This document shows positions 21,108 through 28,453 of a stretch of DNA of 54,410 bases, piece after piece (position 1 is the first letter of the stretch; every line of letters begins with the position of its first letter). A program made the translations under genes and the position numbers. Source of the DNA: an uncultured Mycoplasma sp. (GTDB lineage: Bacteria; Bacillota_I; Bacilli_A; RF39; UBA660); the NCBI GenBank assembly GCA_964430785.1, contig CAYSFJ010000002.1:1-54410 (forward strand), in the 5' to 3' direction. Below the pieces are notes generated by a model. That model had not been told where the DNA came from. It made no database searches and saw only the letters and a program-made list of their open reading frames with translations.

Positions 21108-22850
21108 ATGATAGGAACTATTGAACAAATTATAAATAATCAAATAGAAGTTAAGCTTTCGTTAGATGTAAAAAAAACATCTAACTTAATAAACCTTTAT
21201 GTTTTAATTAAAGATACTAATAAATCTTTTATTGGTGAAATTACAGAACTTAGTTTAACAAAATGTAAAGTTAATATTTTAGGTAAAATTGAAGAAAATA
21301 ATTTTGCTTATGGTTTTGATGAAAAACCCTCTTTTGCAAGCATAGTATATTTACTTAATTATGATTTTGTAAAAAACATTGTAGGTTTTAATAATAATTC
21401 AATAGTTATAGGAAGAAGTCCATTTTATAAAAATACCTATATTAATGCTGATATTAATAATCTATTTGGTTCTCACTTTGCAATATTTGGTTCTTCTGGA
21501 AGTGGTAAAAGTTGTGGATTTACTAGAATTATGCAAAATTTAATGAAATGTCAAAATATGAATGAAAAACCAAACATTATAATTTTTGATGCTTATGGTG
21601 AATATGCAAGTGCATTTAATTATTTAAATAATGAAGCAAAATTTGCTTATAAAACATATAATACTAATTTACAAAGTGAAGACGAAATACTTCTTTTACC
21701 ACCATGGCTTTTAGGAGTGGATGAATATGCCCTACTTCTTGAGGCAAATGATAAATCGCAAATAAGTTTGATAGAAAAGACACTTAGATATGTAAACCTT
21801 TTTATTAAAAATGATGATGCAGTAAAAGCATATAAAAATACTATTTTAGCAAAAGCACTTCTTGATATTTTAATAAGTGGTAAACCTGGTCCTCAAATAA
21901 GAGACCAGATAATTGGTGTTCTTTCTAAAACTCACACAGATGAAATAAATCTTGAAAGTGAAATTAGTGAACCAGGATATTATCGTACATTTAGACAATG
22001 TATGAGAGTAGATGATCATAATAAAATTAATGCAATAGAACAAGTTACTGATTTTTTACAAAAATTTATTGGTGATGAAGTTACTTTTTCCCTTCCAGAT
22101 GGATCATTTCCATTTACACTACAAGATGTATCAAATGCTTTAGAATTTGCCCTTATTGATGAAGGTGTATGGAAAAATGATAGTGTATTTAATACAATGA
22201 ATATTTTAAAAGTTAGACTTGATAGTATATTAAATAGTGATAATAAAAAATATTTTGAATATCCAGAATATATTGGCATAGAAAGTTATATTAAAAAATT
22301 ATTACATACAAAAGAAGGTAAAAAAGTTCAAATAGTTAACTTTAATATTAATTATGTTACTGAAAAACTTGGTAAATCACTTGTTAAAATATATTCTAAA
22401 TTAATATTCAATTATGTTACTTCTTTAAAAGAAAGAGGTTCTATGCCATTTAATATAATCATCGAGGAAGCCCATAGATATGTACAAAATGATATAGATA
22501 GTGATGTACTTGGTTATAATATATTTGAAAGGATTGCAAAAGAAGGAAGAAAATATGGTATTTTATTAGGATTAATATCTCAAAGACCATCGGAAATAAG
22601 TGAAACTACATTAAGTCAATGTAATAATTTTCTAATATTCAAGATGACACACCCTACTGATATAGCCTATATTAAAAAAGTTGTTCCTTTTATGAGTGAA
22701 GAAAATACTGAAAAAATGAAATCAATTTTACCAGGAAATGCATTATGTTTTGGTACAGCATTTAAAATGCCACTTCTTGTAAAATTTGATTATCCAGATC
22801 CTGCACCTCAAAGTAATAATGTAAATTTAGGTAGTATTTGGTTCAAATAA
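21108..22850 (+). CDS. HerA-like (DUF87, FtsK/HerA superfamily) ATPase
   Basis: N-terminal barrel-like segment (IGTIEQIINNQIEVKL ... FIGEITEL), Walker A GSSGSGKS, Walker B IIIEEAHRY, and a LISQRPSE arginine-finger region. 580 aa. Confidence 0.75.
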   Translation: MIGTIEQIINNQIEVKLSLDVKKTSNLINLYVLIKDTNKSFIGEITELSLTKCKVNILGKIEENNFAYGFDEKPSFASIVYLLNYDFVKNIVGFNNNSIVIGRSPFYKNTYINADINNLFGSHFAIFGSSGSGKSCGFTRIMQNLMKCQNMNEKPNIIIFDAYGEYASAFNYLNNEAKFAYKTYNTNLQSEDEILLLPPWLLGVDEYALLLEANDKSQISLIEKTLRYVNLFIKNDDAVKAYKNTILAKALLDILISGKPGPQIRDQIIGVLSKTHTDEINLESEISEPGYYRTFRQCMRVDDHNKINAIEQVTDFLQKFIGDEVTFSLPDGSFPFTLQDVSNALEFALIDEGVWKNDSVFNTMNILKVRLDSILNSDNKKYFEYPEYIGIESYIKKLLHTKEGKKVQIVNFNINYVTEKLGKSLVKIYSKLIFNYVTSLKERGSMPFNIIIEEAHRYVQNDIDSDVLGYNIFERIAKEGRKYGILLGLISQRPSEISETTLSQCNNFLIFKMTHPTDIAYIKKVVPFMSEENTEKMKSILPGNALCFGTAFKMPLLVKFDYPDPAPQSNNVNLGSIWFK

Positions 22851-22878
22851 TTGTTATAATATTTTATGGAGGTTAATT

Positions 22879-23265
22879 ATGAATTGTTTATTTTGCAATA
22901 TTGCACAAAATGAAAAAGAAAGAATGACTATTTATGAAGATGATATAGTCATAATTATCATGGACAAATTTCCTACATGTGATGGACACGCTTTAGTAAT
23001 TCCTAAAAAGCATTTCGAAGATATTTATGAAGTAGATGAAAATACTTTATCACATATGTTTAAAGTAGCTAAAGAATATGCCAAAGTTTTAATGGAAGTT
23101 ACAAATGAAAAAGGATGTACATTTTCTATAAATTATGGTGATAAACAAGAGATTAAGCATTTGCATTTACATATTATGCCAAACTATATGGCAAAATCTT
23201 CTAAAAAAGCAAGTGATGTATATAATTTAGTAGTGAGTCATTATGAAAAAGAAAAGAAAAATTAA
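22879..23265 (+). CDS. HIT (histidine triad) family nucleotide hydrolase/transferase
   Basis: 128 aa. N-terminal CLFC plus the histidine triad HLHLHIMP. Confidence 0.85.
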   Translation: MNCLFCNIAQNEKERMTIYEDDIVIIIMDKFPTCDGHALVIPKKHFEDIYEVDENTLSHMFKVAKEYAKVLMEVTNEKGCTFSINYGDKQEIKHLHLHIMPNYMAKSSKKASDVYNLVVSHYEKEKKN

Positions 23266-24478
23266 AAGATTTTTTAAAATATTTTTCACATTTATATTTT
23301 TAATTACTATAACTATTGTTTCTTATTTTTATATCATTGATAAAGATGATAATAATTTGAATTTTAACAAAAAAGTAAATGAAAATAAAATAACTTACCC
23401 TATTGTTAATAAAATTTCATTAGTGGCAACAGGTGATGCTTTATTACATAATCCAGTTTATATTAGTGCATATGATAGTAACTCAGAAAGTTTTAATTTT
23501 GCATCGCAACTTGAACTTGTAAAAGAGGAAATTAAAAAATATGATATAAAATATTATAATCAAGAAACTGTTTTTGGAGGTAAATTAACTGATAGATTTA
23601 ATTGTCAATATAATTTACCTGGTTATTGTTCATATCCATATTTTAATTCTCCCTCTGAATTTGGTGATGCAATGGTTGATGCTGGATTTAATATGGTATC
23701 TCTTGCTTCAAATCATAGTGCTGATTGTACTTATGCCTCAGATACATGTATTACTAATTCATATAATTATTGGAAAAGTAAAAATGTTGTTTTTGATGGT
23801 TTTAATGAAGATGAAAGTAAAGAAAATAAATATAATATAAATGAAATTAATGGAATTAAATATGGATTTTTAAATTATACAAATACTTTAAATGGACTAG
23901 ATAATTCAGTAAGTGATATAAAATATAAAATAGATTTATATGATGAACAAACCGCTAAAAAAGAAATTGAAGATTTAAAAACTAAAGTTGATGTTATAAT
24001 TGTAGCAATGCATTGGCATAAATCAAGTGCGGAATATGAAACTGTTCCAACACAAGCTAATAAAGAAATTGCAAATTACCTAGCCTCTTTAGGTGTTAAT
24101 ATCATATTAGGAACTTACTCACATTGTTTACAACCATTTGATATAATAGGAGATACAGTTGTTTTCTATTCACTAGGTAATTTTATTTCTAATCAAGGTG
24201 ACTTAGTTTCCTCAATTGGTTATAAAGGTATAGTTGGTGTTCTTGCTTCAATGGACATAACAAAAACGACTTATGAAGATGGTTCTACAGAAGTTAAAGT
24301 AGATAATATTGGTGCTGACTTAACATATACTTATAATAAAAATCATCGTGATTATAAAGTAATACCATTTAGTAAAATGAGTGAAGAATATAACAAAGAC
24401 TATAAAAATATTTATGAAGATTATAAAAACATTCTTACTTCACTTAATCAAAATATAAATGTTTTACCTGTAAATTAA
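23243..24478 (+). CDS. capA: CapA/PGA_cap family metallophosphoesterase-fold protein with an N-terminal membrane anchor
   Basis: Basic N-terminus plus TM segment. Motifs VATGDALLH, LASNHSAD, AMHWH, SHCLQPF and YSLGNF. Its start overlaps the HIT stop codon by 23 nt. Confidence 0.7.
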   Translation: MKKKRKIKRFFKIFFTFIFLITITIVSYFYIIDKDDNNLNFNKKVNENKITYPIVNKISLVATGDALLHNPVYISAYDSNSESFNFASQLELVKEEIKKYDIKYYNQETVFGGKLTDRFNCQYNLPGYCSYPYFNSPSEFGDAMVDAGFNMVSLASNHSADCTYASDTCITNSYNYWKSKNVVFDGFNEDESKENKYNINEINGIKYGFLNYTNTLNGLDNSVSDIKYKIDLYDEQTAKKEIEDLKTKVDVIIVAMHWHKSSAEYETVPTQANKEIANYLASLGVNIILGTYSHCLQPFDIIGDTVVFYSLGNFISNQGDLVSSIGYKGIVGVLASMDITKTTYEDGSTEVKVDNIGADLTYTYNKNHRDYKVIPFSKMSEEYNKDYKNIYEDYKNILTSLNQNINVLPVN

Positions 24479-24503
24479 TGAACTAGCAATTAGTTCATTT
24501 TTT
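24478..24503 (+). terminator. Rho-independent terminator after capA
   Basis: Stem ATGAACTA/TAGTTCAT, loop GCAAT, then TTTTT. Confidence 0.7.
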
Positions 24504-24506
24504 GAT

Positions 24507-24540
24507 GAAAAAAACTATTGAAAAAATTTTTTCCAATAGT
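24507..24540 (-). terminator. Rho-independent terminator after the AAA ATPase gene
   Basis: Stem ACTATTG(A6)/(T6)CCAATAGT, followed by a 7-nt T-run on the minus strand. Confidence 0.65.
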
Positions 24541-24546
24541 TATTAT

Positions 24547-25848
24547 TTATTTTATTAAGAATACTGCATAAAGTGGTATTGATTTAATATTATTAACAAA
24601 TCCAAAGTTTTTAGTGGAAACTCTAATACTATAAACTGGATTATATTTTTGAATAAACGAATTTAAACTTTTTGATTGAGTATTTTCTGCAGATTTAACT
24701 TCAATAGGAATTATACCATTTTCATTCTGATATAAGAAATCAATTTCTAAAGTTGAGGAATCATTTTTATAATATAGTAAATCATAGCCTAAAGATTTTA
24801 AATGAAAAGCCACATAATTTTCCGCCATTATACCTTTAAAATCATTATTTAATATATTACTATAACTTATATTTAACATATTTCTTAAAATACCAATATC
24901 GTTCATATAGATTTTAAATATATCTAAATCTATAAAACCATTTAATGGGTACTTAGGTGTTTTGACATTATTTGATTTTAAAACTATTCTACTAGATAAA
25001 AGCCAGTCTAATGAAGAATCATAATCTCTTTTTCTAGCATCAGAATTAATTTTATTATATTGAAATTTATGACTATCATTTCCAAGTTGAGATGGAACTG
25101 ATGAAAATATTCTTTCAATTTTTACTGTTTCTGTAGAATTAGTTACATATTTATACATATCCTCAAAATAAGATTTTGTAATGTTTTCTACAATACTATT
25201 ATCAAAGAGTGAAATATTTCTATCATTATCCACAATATTTTGAACTGCCTCTGGCATACCGCCTGTATAAAGGTAAGATGTATAATAATTTAATGCTTTA
25301 TTATGCATACTTTCTAACATTGGAGTATTATTTTCATAATGTTTTCTTATTTCTTCAATTAAACTAATTTCATTAAATGCCATTAAATATTCCTCAAAAT
25401 CTAGTTGATACATTGTAAGCATATCAACCTTTCCCACTGGAAAAGATTTTTTATTATCGCTTCTTTTTAACATTACACCAAGAAGTGATCCAGCACAAAT
25501 AATTCTTAAATTAGGATGATTTTCATTAATATATTTTAAATTTGAAATAAGTGTTGGACTTTCCTGAATTTCATCTACAAACAAAACAGTATTTTCATCT
25601 TCATTTTGAATTCCACAAAATGAAAGTAATTGTCTATATTTTTCATCAGCATTTTGATTTGATTCGTATAATTCTATAATATCAGTTTTTTCAAATAAAT
25701 TCACTTCATAAAAATTAGCAAATTCATTTTTACAAAATTCGCGAATTACATAAGTTTTTCCTACTTGTCTTGCTCCAAAAACTATAAGTGGTTTTCTATT
25801 ATTAGAGTCTTTCCATTGTAATAATCTATCATATATCTTTCTTTTCAT
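24547..25848 (-). CDS. AAA+ ATPase of the AAA_14 + DUF4143 (COG1373-like) family
   Basis: Walker A GARQVGKT and Walker B LFVDEIQ. The C-terminal region is of the DUF4143 type. 433 aa. Confidence 0.8.
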   Translation of the reverse strand: MKRKIYDRLLQWKDSNNRKPLIVFGARQVGKTYVIREFCKNEFANFYEVNLFEKTDIIELYESNQNADEKYRQLLSFCGIQNEDENTVLFVDEIQESPTLISNLKYINENHPNLRIICAGSLLGVMLKRSDNKKSFPVGKVDMLTMYQLDFEEYLMAFNEISLIEEIRKHYENNTPMLESMHNKALNYYTSYLYTGGMPEAVQNIVDNDRNISLFDNSIVENITKSYFEDMYKYVTNSTETVKIERIFSSVPSQLGNDSHKFQYNKINSDARKRDYDSSLDWLLSSRIVLKSNNVKTPKYPLNGFIDLDIFKIYMNDIGILRNMLNISYSNILNNDFKGIMAENYVAFHLKSLGYDLLYYKNDSSTLEIDFLYQNENGIIPIEVKSAENTQSKSLNSFIQKYNPVYSIRVSTKNFGFVNNIKSIPLYAVFLIK

Positions 25849-25854
25849 AGTTTA

Positions 25855-25883
25855 ATGATAATACTTTTTTGCCTTAAAATCAA
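25855..25883 (-). promoter_or_regulatory. Promoter placed for a leaderless transcript of the AAA ATPase gene
   Basis: TTGATT, 17 nt, TATCAT on the minus strand. Only 6 nt (TAAACT) separate the -10 element from the ATG, and there is no SD. Confidence 0.45.
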
Positions 25884-25892
25884 GCATTTTTA

Positions 25893-25988
25893 TAAAAATT
25901 TCACATTTTCTTGACCACTTTTTGTAATTTTTTCACATTTTCTTGATGACTTTTTGCAAAAATTTCACATTTTTTAGACCACTTTTCA
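25893..25988. repeat. Three head-to-tail 32-bp direct repeats (core TTTCACATTTTCTTGACCACTTTT)
   Basis: Units span 25893-25924, 25925-25956 and 25957-25988. Each pairwise comparison I made (unit 1 vs 2, unit 1 vs 3) differs at 5 of 32 positions. No spacers between units. Confidence 0.85.
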
Positions 25989-25998
25989 AAAAATAGTA

Positions 25999-26025
25999 TA
26001 AAAAAAAGAAAAGCATTTGCTTTTC
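25999..26025 (-). terminator. Rho-independent terminator after the YjcZ-like micro-ORFs
   Basis: Stem GAAAAGC/GCTTTTC, loop of 4 nt, then an 8-nt T-run on the minus strand, directly after the stop codon at 26027. Confidence 0.7.
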
Positions 26026-26026
26026 C

Positions 26027-26146
26027 CTAGAAAATTGGTCCCATTATTATTGCAAGTAAGATAAATAAAATTAATACTATGAAAAAATAATTATTAAATC
26101 CATTTGAACAGTTTTCAGGTGGATTTTTCTTATTACAGCAACTCAT
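26027..26146 (-). CDS. YjcZ-like tiny membrane protein (39 aa), not in the ORF track
   Basis: Translation: MSCCNKKNPPENCSNGFNNYFFIVLILFILLAIIMGPIF. SD AAGGTG lies 4 nt upstream. Cys/Gly/Asn head plus a VLILFILL hydrophobic tail. Confidence 0.5.
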   Translation of the reverse strand: MSCCNKKNPPENCSNGFNNYFFIVLILFILLAIIMGPIF

Positions 26147-26155
26147 ATTACACCT

Positions 26156-26242
26156 TTAAATGTAAGCACCAACTATGATTATAAGAAGTATAAATAGTAC
26201 TAATATAATCGCAGCTCCAAGACCATTTCCACAATGATTCAT
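26156..26242 (-). CDS. YjcZ family (TIGR01732-type) tiny sporulation membrane protein (28 aa), not in the ORF track
   Basis: Translation: MNHCGNGLGAAIILVLFILLIIIVGAYI. SD GGAGG lies 8 nt upstream. The LVLFILLIIIVGA core matches the family signature as I remember it. Confidence 0.6.
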   Translation of the reverse strand: MNHCGNGLGAAIILVLFILLIIIVGAYI

Positions 26243-26356
26243 ATAAAATTCCTCCTTTTTGTCTTTTCATAATATTAAATGCCAAATAATTAAATTTGAC
26301 ACTCTTACTTATTTTAATATTATATATGTGATAAGATATTTAAACCTTATTTTTTA

Positions 26357-26385
26357 TTGTATTTTCGCATCATAATTGCTATAAT
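26357..26385 (+). promoter_or_regulatory. Sigma-A-type promoter for prsA
   Basis: TTGTAT, 17 nt, TATAAT. Confidence 0.6.
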
Positions 26386-26403
26386 TAACTTATGGAGGTA
26401 AAA

Positions 26404-27438
26404 ATGAAAAAGAAAATAGTATTAGCTATGGCACTTACACTTCTTTTATCTGGATGTGGAAAAGTACCAAAATTAGAAAATGGAAAGGAAGCAGTAGTAA
26501 GTTTTGAAAATGGTGATAAAATAAGTGTAGATGATTTATATACACAAATGAAAGAAAAATATGCCCTATCTATACTTTTGAATATGATAGATAAAAAAGT
26601 TTTAGAGGAAACATTCCCAGATAATATTGAAAAAGCACAAAGTTCTTCAGAAAGTTATATTAGTGCATTAATAGAAAATTATGAATCTGAAGAAAACTTA
26701 CTTTCAGCAATTCAACAATATTATGGTTATTCTACTATAGATGAATACAAAGAACAAATATATCTAAGTTATATGCAATCATATGCAGTCGAAGAATATG
26801 CAAAAGATAAAGTGACTGATAAAGAAATTAAAAACTATTATAAAAATATGGAAAATGATATTGAAGTTAGTCATATTTTAATTACACCGCAAGTTACAGA
26901 TGAGATGACTGATGAAGAAAAAGAGACTGCTGAAACAGAGGCTGAAACTAAAGCAAAATCTATAATAACTGAACTTAAAGACGCAGTTAAAAATGGTAAA
27001 TCTGTTGAGGATGCATTTAAAGAGCTAGCTGAAAAATATTCTGAAGATGAATCTACAAAAGATAATGGTGGTTCATTAGGCGAAGTTAGTAGAACTTCTT
27101 TAGGGGATACTTATACTGATTTAGTAGATGCTGCCTACTCTTTAAAAGATGGTGCATATAGTACTAAAGTTATTAAAACTGATAATGGTTACCATGTTAT
27201 AATGAGAAATAAAACTTATGATAAAAAAGATTTAGAGGATGTAAAAGAGGAAATCATTGAAACATTAGCCGAAGAAAAAATGGAAAATGATTCAACAATA
27301 TCTGTAAATGCCCTTCAACATTATCGTAAAGAAAAAGGTATGGAAATCGAAGATTCTACACTTGCCACTCAATATTCAAATTACATTTCAAATACACTTG
27401 CTTCTTTAACCGAAGAATCTAGTAATACTACAAATTAA
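26404..27438 (+). CDS. prsA: Foldase lipoprotein PrsA (parvulin-type PPIase)
   Basis: ATG after GGAGG. Lipobox LLLSGC. Central parvulin domain (VSHILI ... GGSLG ... GYHVI). Confidence 0.85.
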   Translation: MKKKIVLAMALTLLLSGCGKVPKLENGKEAVVSFENGDKISVDDLYTQMKEKYALSILLNMIDKKVLEETFPDNIEKAQSSSESYISALIENYESEENLLSAIQQYYGYSTIDEYKEQIYLSYMQSYAVEEYAKDKVTDKEIKNYYKNMENDIEVSHILITPQVTDEMTDEEKETAETEAETKAKSIITELKDAVKNGKSVEDAFKELAEKYSEDESTKDNGGSLGEVSRTSLGDTYTDLVDAAYSLKDGAYSTKVIKTDNGYHVIMRNKTYDKKDLEDVKEEIIETLAEEKMENDSTISVNALQHYRKEKGMEIEDSTLATQYSNYISNTLASLTEESSNTTN

Positions 27439-27467
27439 GGTATCTATAATGATGCCTTTTTTATTTT
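27437..27467 (+). terminator. Rho-independent terminator after prsA
   Basis: Stem AAGGTATC/GATGCCTT (one G-T pair), loop TATAAT, then TTTTATTTT. Confidence 0.65.
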
Positions 27468-27493
27468 GTACATATTTTATAATATGGAGGTTT

Positions 27494-27973
27494 ATGAATA
27501 CAGTTATAAATAATTTTAATGTAACTGGTAAAATTAATAATTTAGAAACAGTTGTTACATCTAATACTGTTATAGTTAATCCATCACTTTCCATAATTAA
27601 ATCCGTTGATAAAAATATATGGTCTACAGGCGTTTTAAAATACACAGTCACACTTACAAATAATACAAATGCATCAATTTCAGCGTCATTTAAAGATACT
27701 GTTAATCCAAATTATGCTAATGTTATACCAAATAAAGTTTTAGTTAATGGAACTGCTATACCATATACTTACAATAAAATAACAGGTCTTTTAGAAATTA
27801 ATAATTTAATTATAATGGCTAATGAAAGTGTTATAGTTACCTACTTAGTATCTAAAAAAGTAAATGATGTTTTTGTATTAAATAATACAGCATATGTTAA
27901 TGATACTAAGAGTAATACAGTTAAAGTCACTAGTATATTAATAAGAAATTGTAATAATTTTACACCCAAATAG
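27494..27973 (+). CDS. DUF11/CARDB-like single-domain protein P1 (159 aa), no signal peptide
   Basis: Start set at the ATG after GGAGG, because the track start at 27449 lies inside the prsA terminator. DUF11-type core: SIIKSVDKNIWSTGVLKYTVTLTNNT ... KDTV ... VLVNGTA. The NNxxV...SNTVxV motif occurs at both ends. Confidence 0.6.
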   Translation: MNTVINNFNVTGKINNLETVVTSNTVIVNPSLSIIKSVDKNIWSTGVLKYTVTLTNNTNASISASFKDTVNPNYANVIPNKVLVNGTAIPYTYNKITGLLEINNLIIMANESVIVTYLVSKKVNDVFVLNNTAYVNDTKSNTVKVTSILIRNCNNFTPK

Positions 27974-28031
27974 GTATATTTAATTAATTAAAAAATTACA
28001 TTAATCATATAATTATTATGGAGGTAATAAA

Positions 28032-28424
28032 TTGATAAATGAATTAAATAATACTGCCAATGTTTCAGGAACTATTAACGGAAATACTACAACGATTTCA
28101 TCAAATACACTGGAGGTGAGTCTAATTAACGGTTTAACTGCGGTTAAGAGTGCTGATAAAACTTCATGGGCAGATGGTGAACTTACTTATACATTAACTA
28201 TTAATAATACTACTGGAGAAACTTATACTTCGCCAGTTATTACCGACACATTAGATACATCACTTGTTACATTTGTCCCAGATAGTGTTACAATTAATGG
28301 TACTGCTGCAACTTCAAGTCAATATACATATGAAAGTTCTACAGGACTTCTTACAGTAAATCTTAGTGATATTGCCACTGCGGGAACAGCTACAGTTACA
28401 TTTAAAGTTACTAAAAATAGTTAA
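28032..28424 (+). CDS. DUF11/CARDB-like single-domain protein P2 (130 aa), no signal peptide
   Basis: TTG start 7 nt after GGAGG. Core: LTAVKSADKTSWADGELTYTLTINNT ... TDTL ... VTINGTA ... ATVTFKVTKNS. Paralog of P1. Confidence 0.6.
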   Translation: MINELNNTANVSGTINGNTTTISSNTLEVSLINGLTAVKSADKTSWADGELTYTLTINNTTGETYTSPVITDTLDTSLVTFVPDSVTINGTAATSSQYTYESSTGLLTVNLSDIATAGTATVTFKVTKNS

Positions 28425-28426
28425 TA

Positions 28427-28452
28427 AAAACATCAGATAAAACTGATGTTTT
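28427..28452. terminator. Bidirectional terminator between P2 and recX
   Basis: Stem AAAACATCAG/CTGATGTTTT, flanked by A-runs and T-runs. Confidence 0.7.
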
Positions 28453-28453
28453 T

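Noticed and set aside
23243-24478. CapA-fold metallophosphoesterase as an Mre11-like nuclease partner for the HerA-like ATPase
   Set aside because: The basic N-terminus plus a single TM segment predicts an extracytoplasmic catalytic domain. The motifs are CapA/PGA_cap-type rather than Mre11-type, so a direct DNA-end role is unlikely.
25893-25988. Possible CRISPR array or minisatellite
   Set aside because: The three 32-bp units are directly contiguous with no spacers, and no cas genes are present. I treat them as iteron-like direct repeats instead.
27468-28031. SigK/SigE-type promoters upstream of the two DUF11 genes and the YjcZ micro-ORFs (CATATTTTA, CATATAATT and CATTTAATA elements)
   Set aside because: The -10-like CATA strings occur easily in AT-rich DNA, and I found no properly spaced -35 AC or ATA element. 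I mention them only as a weak hint, not as a feature.
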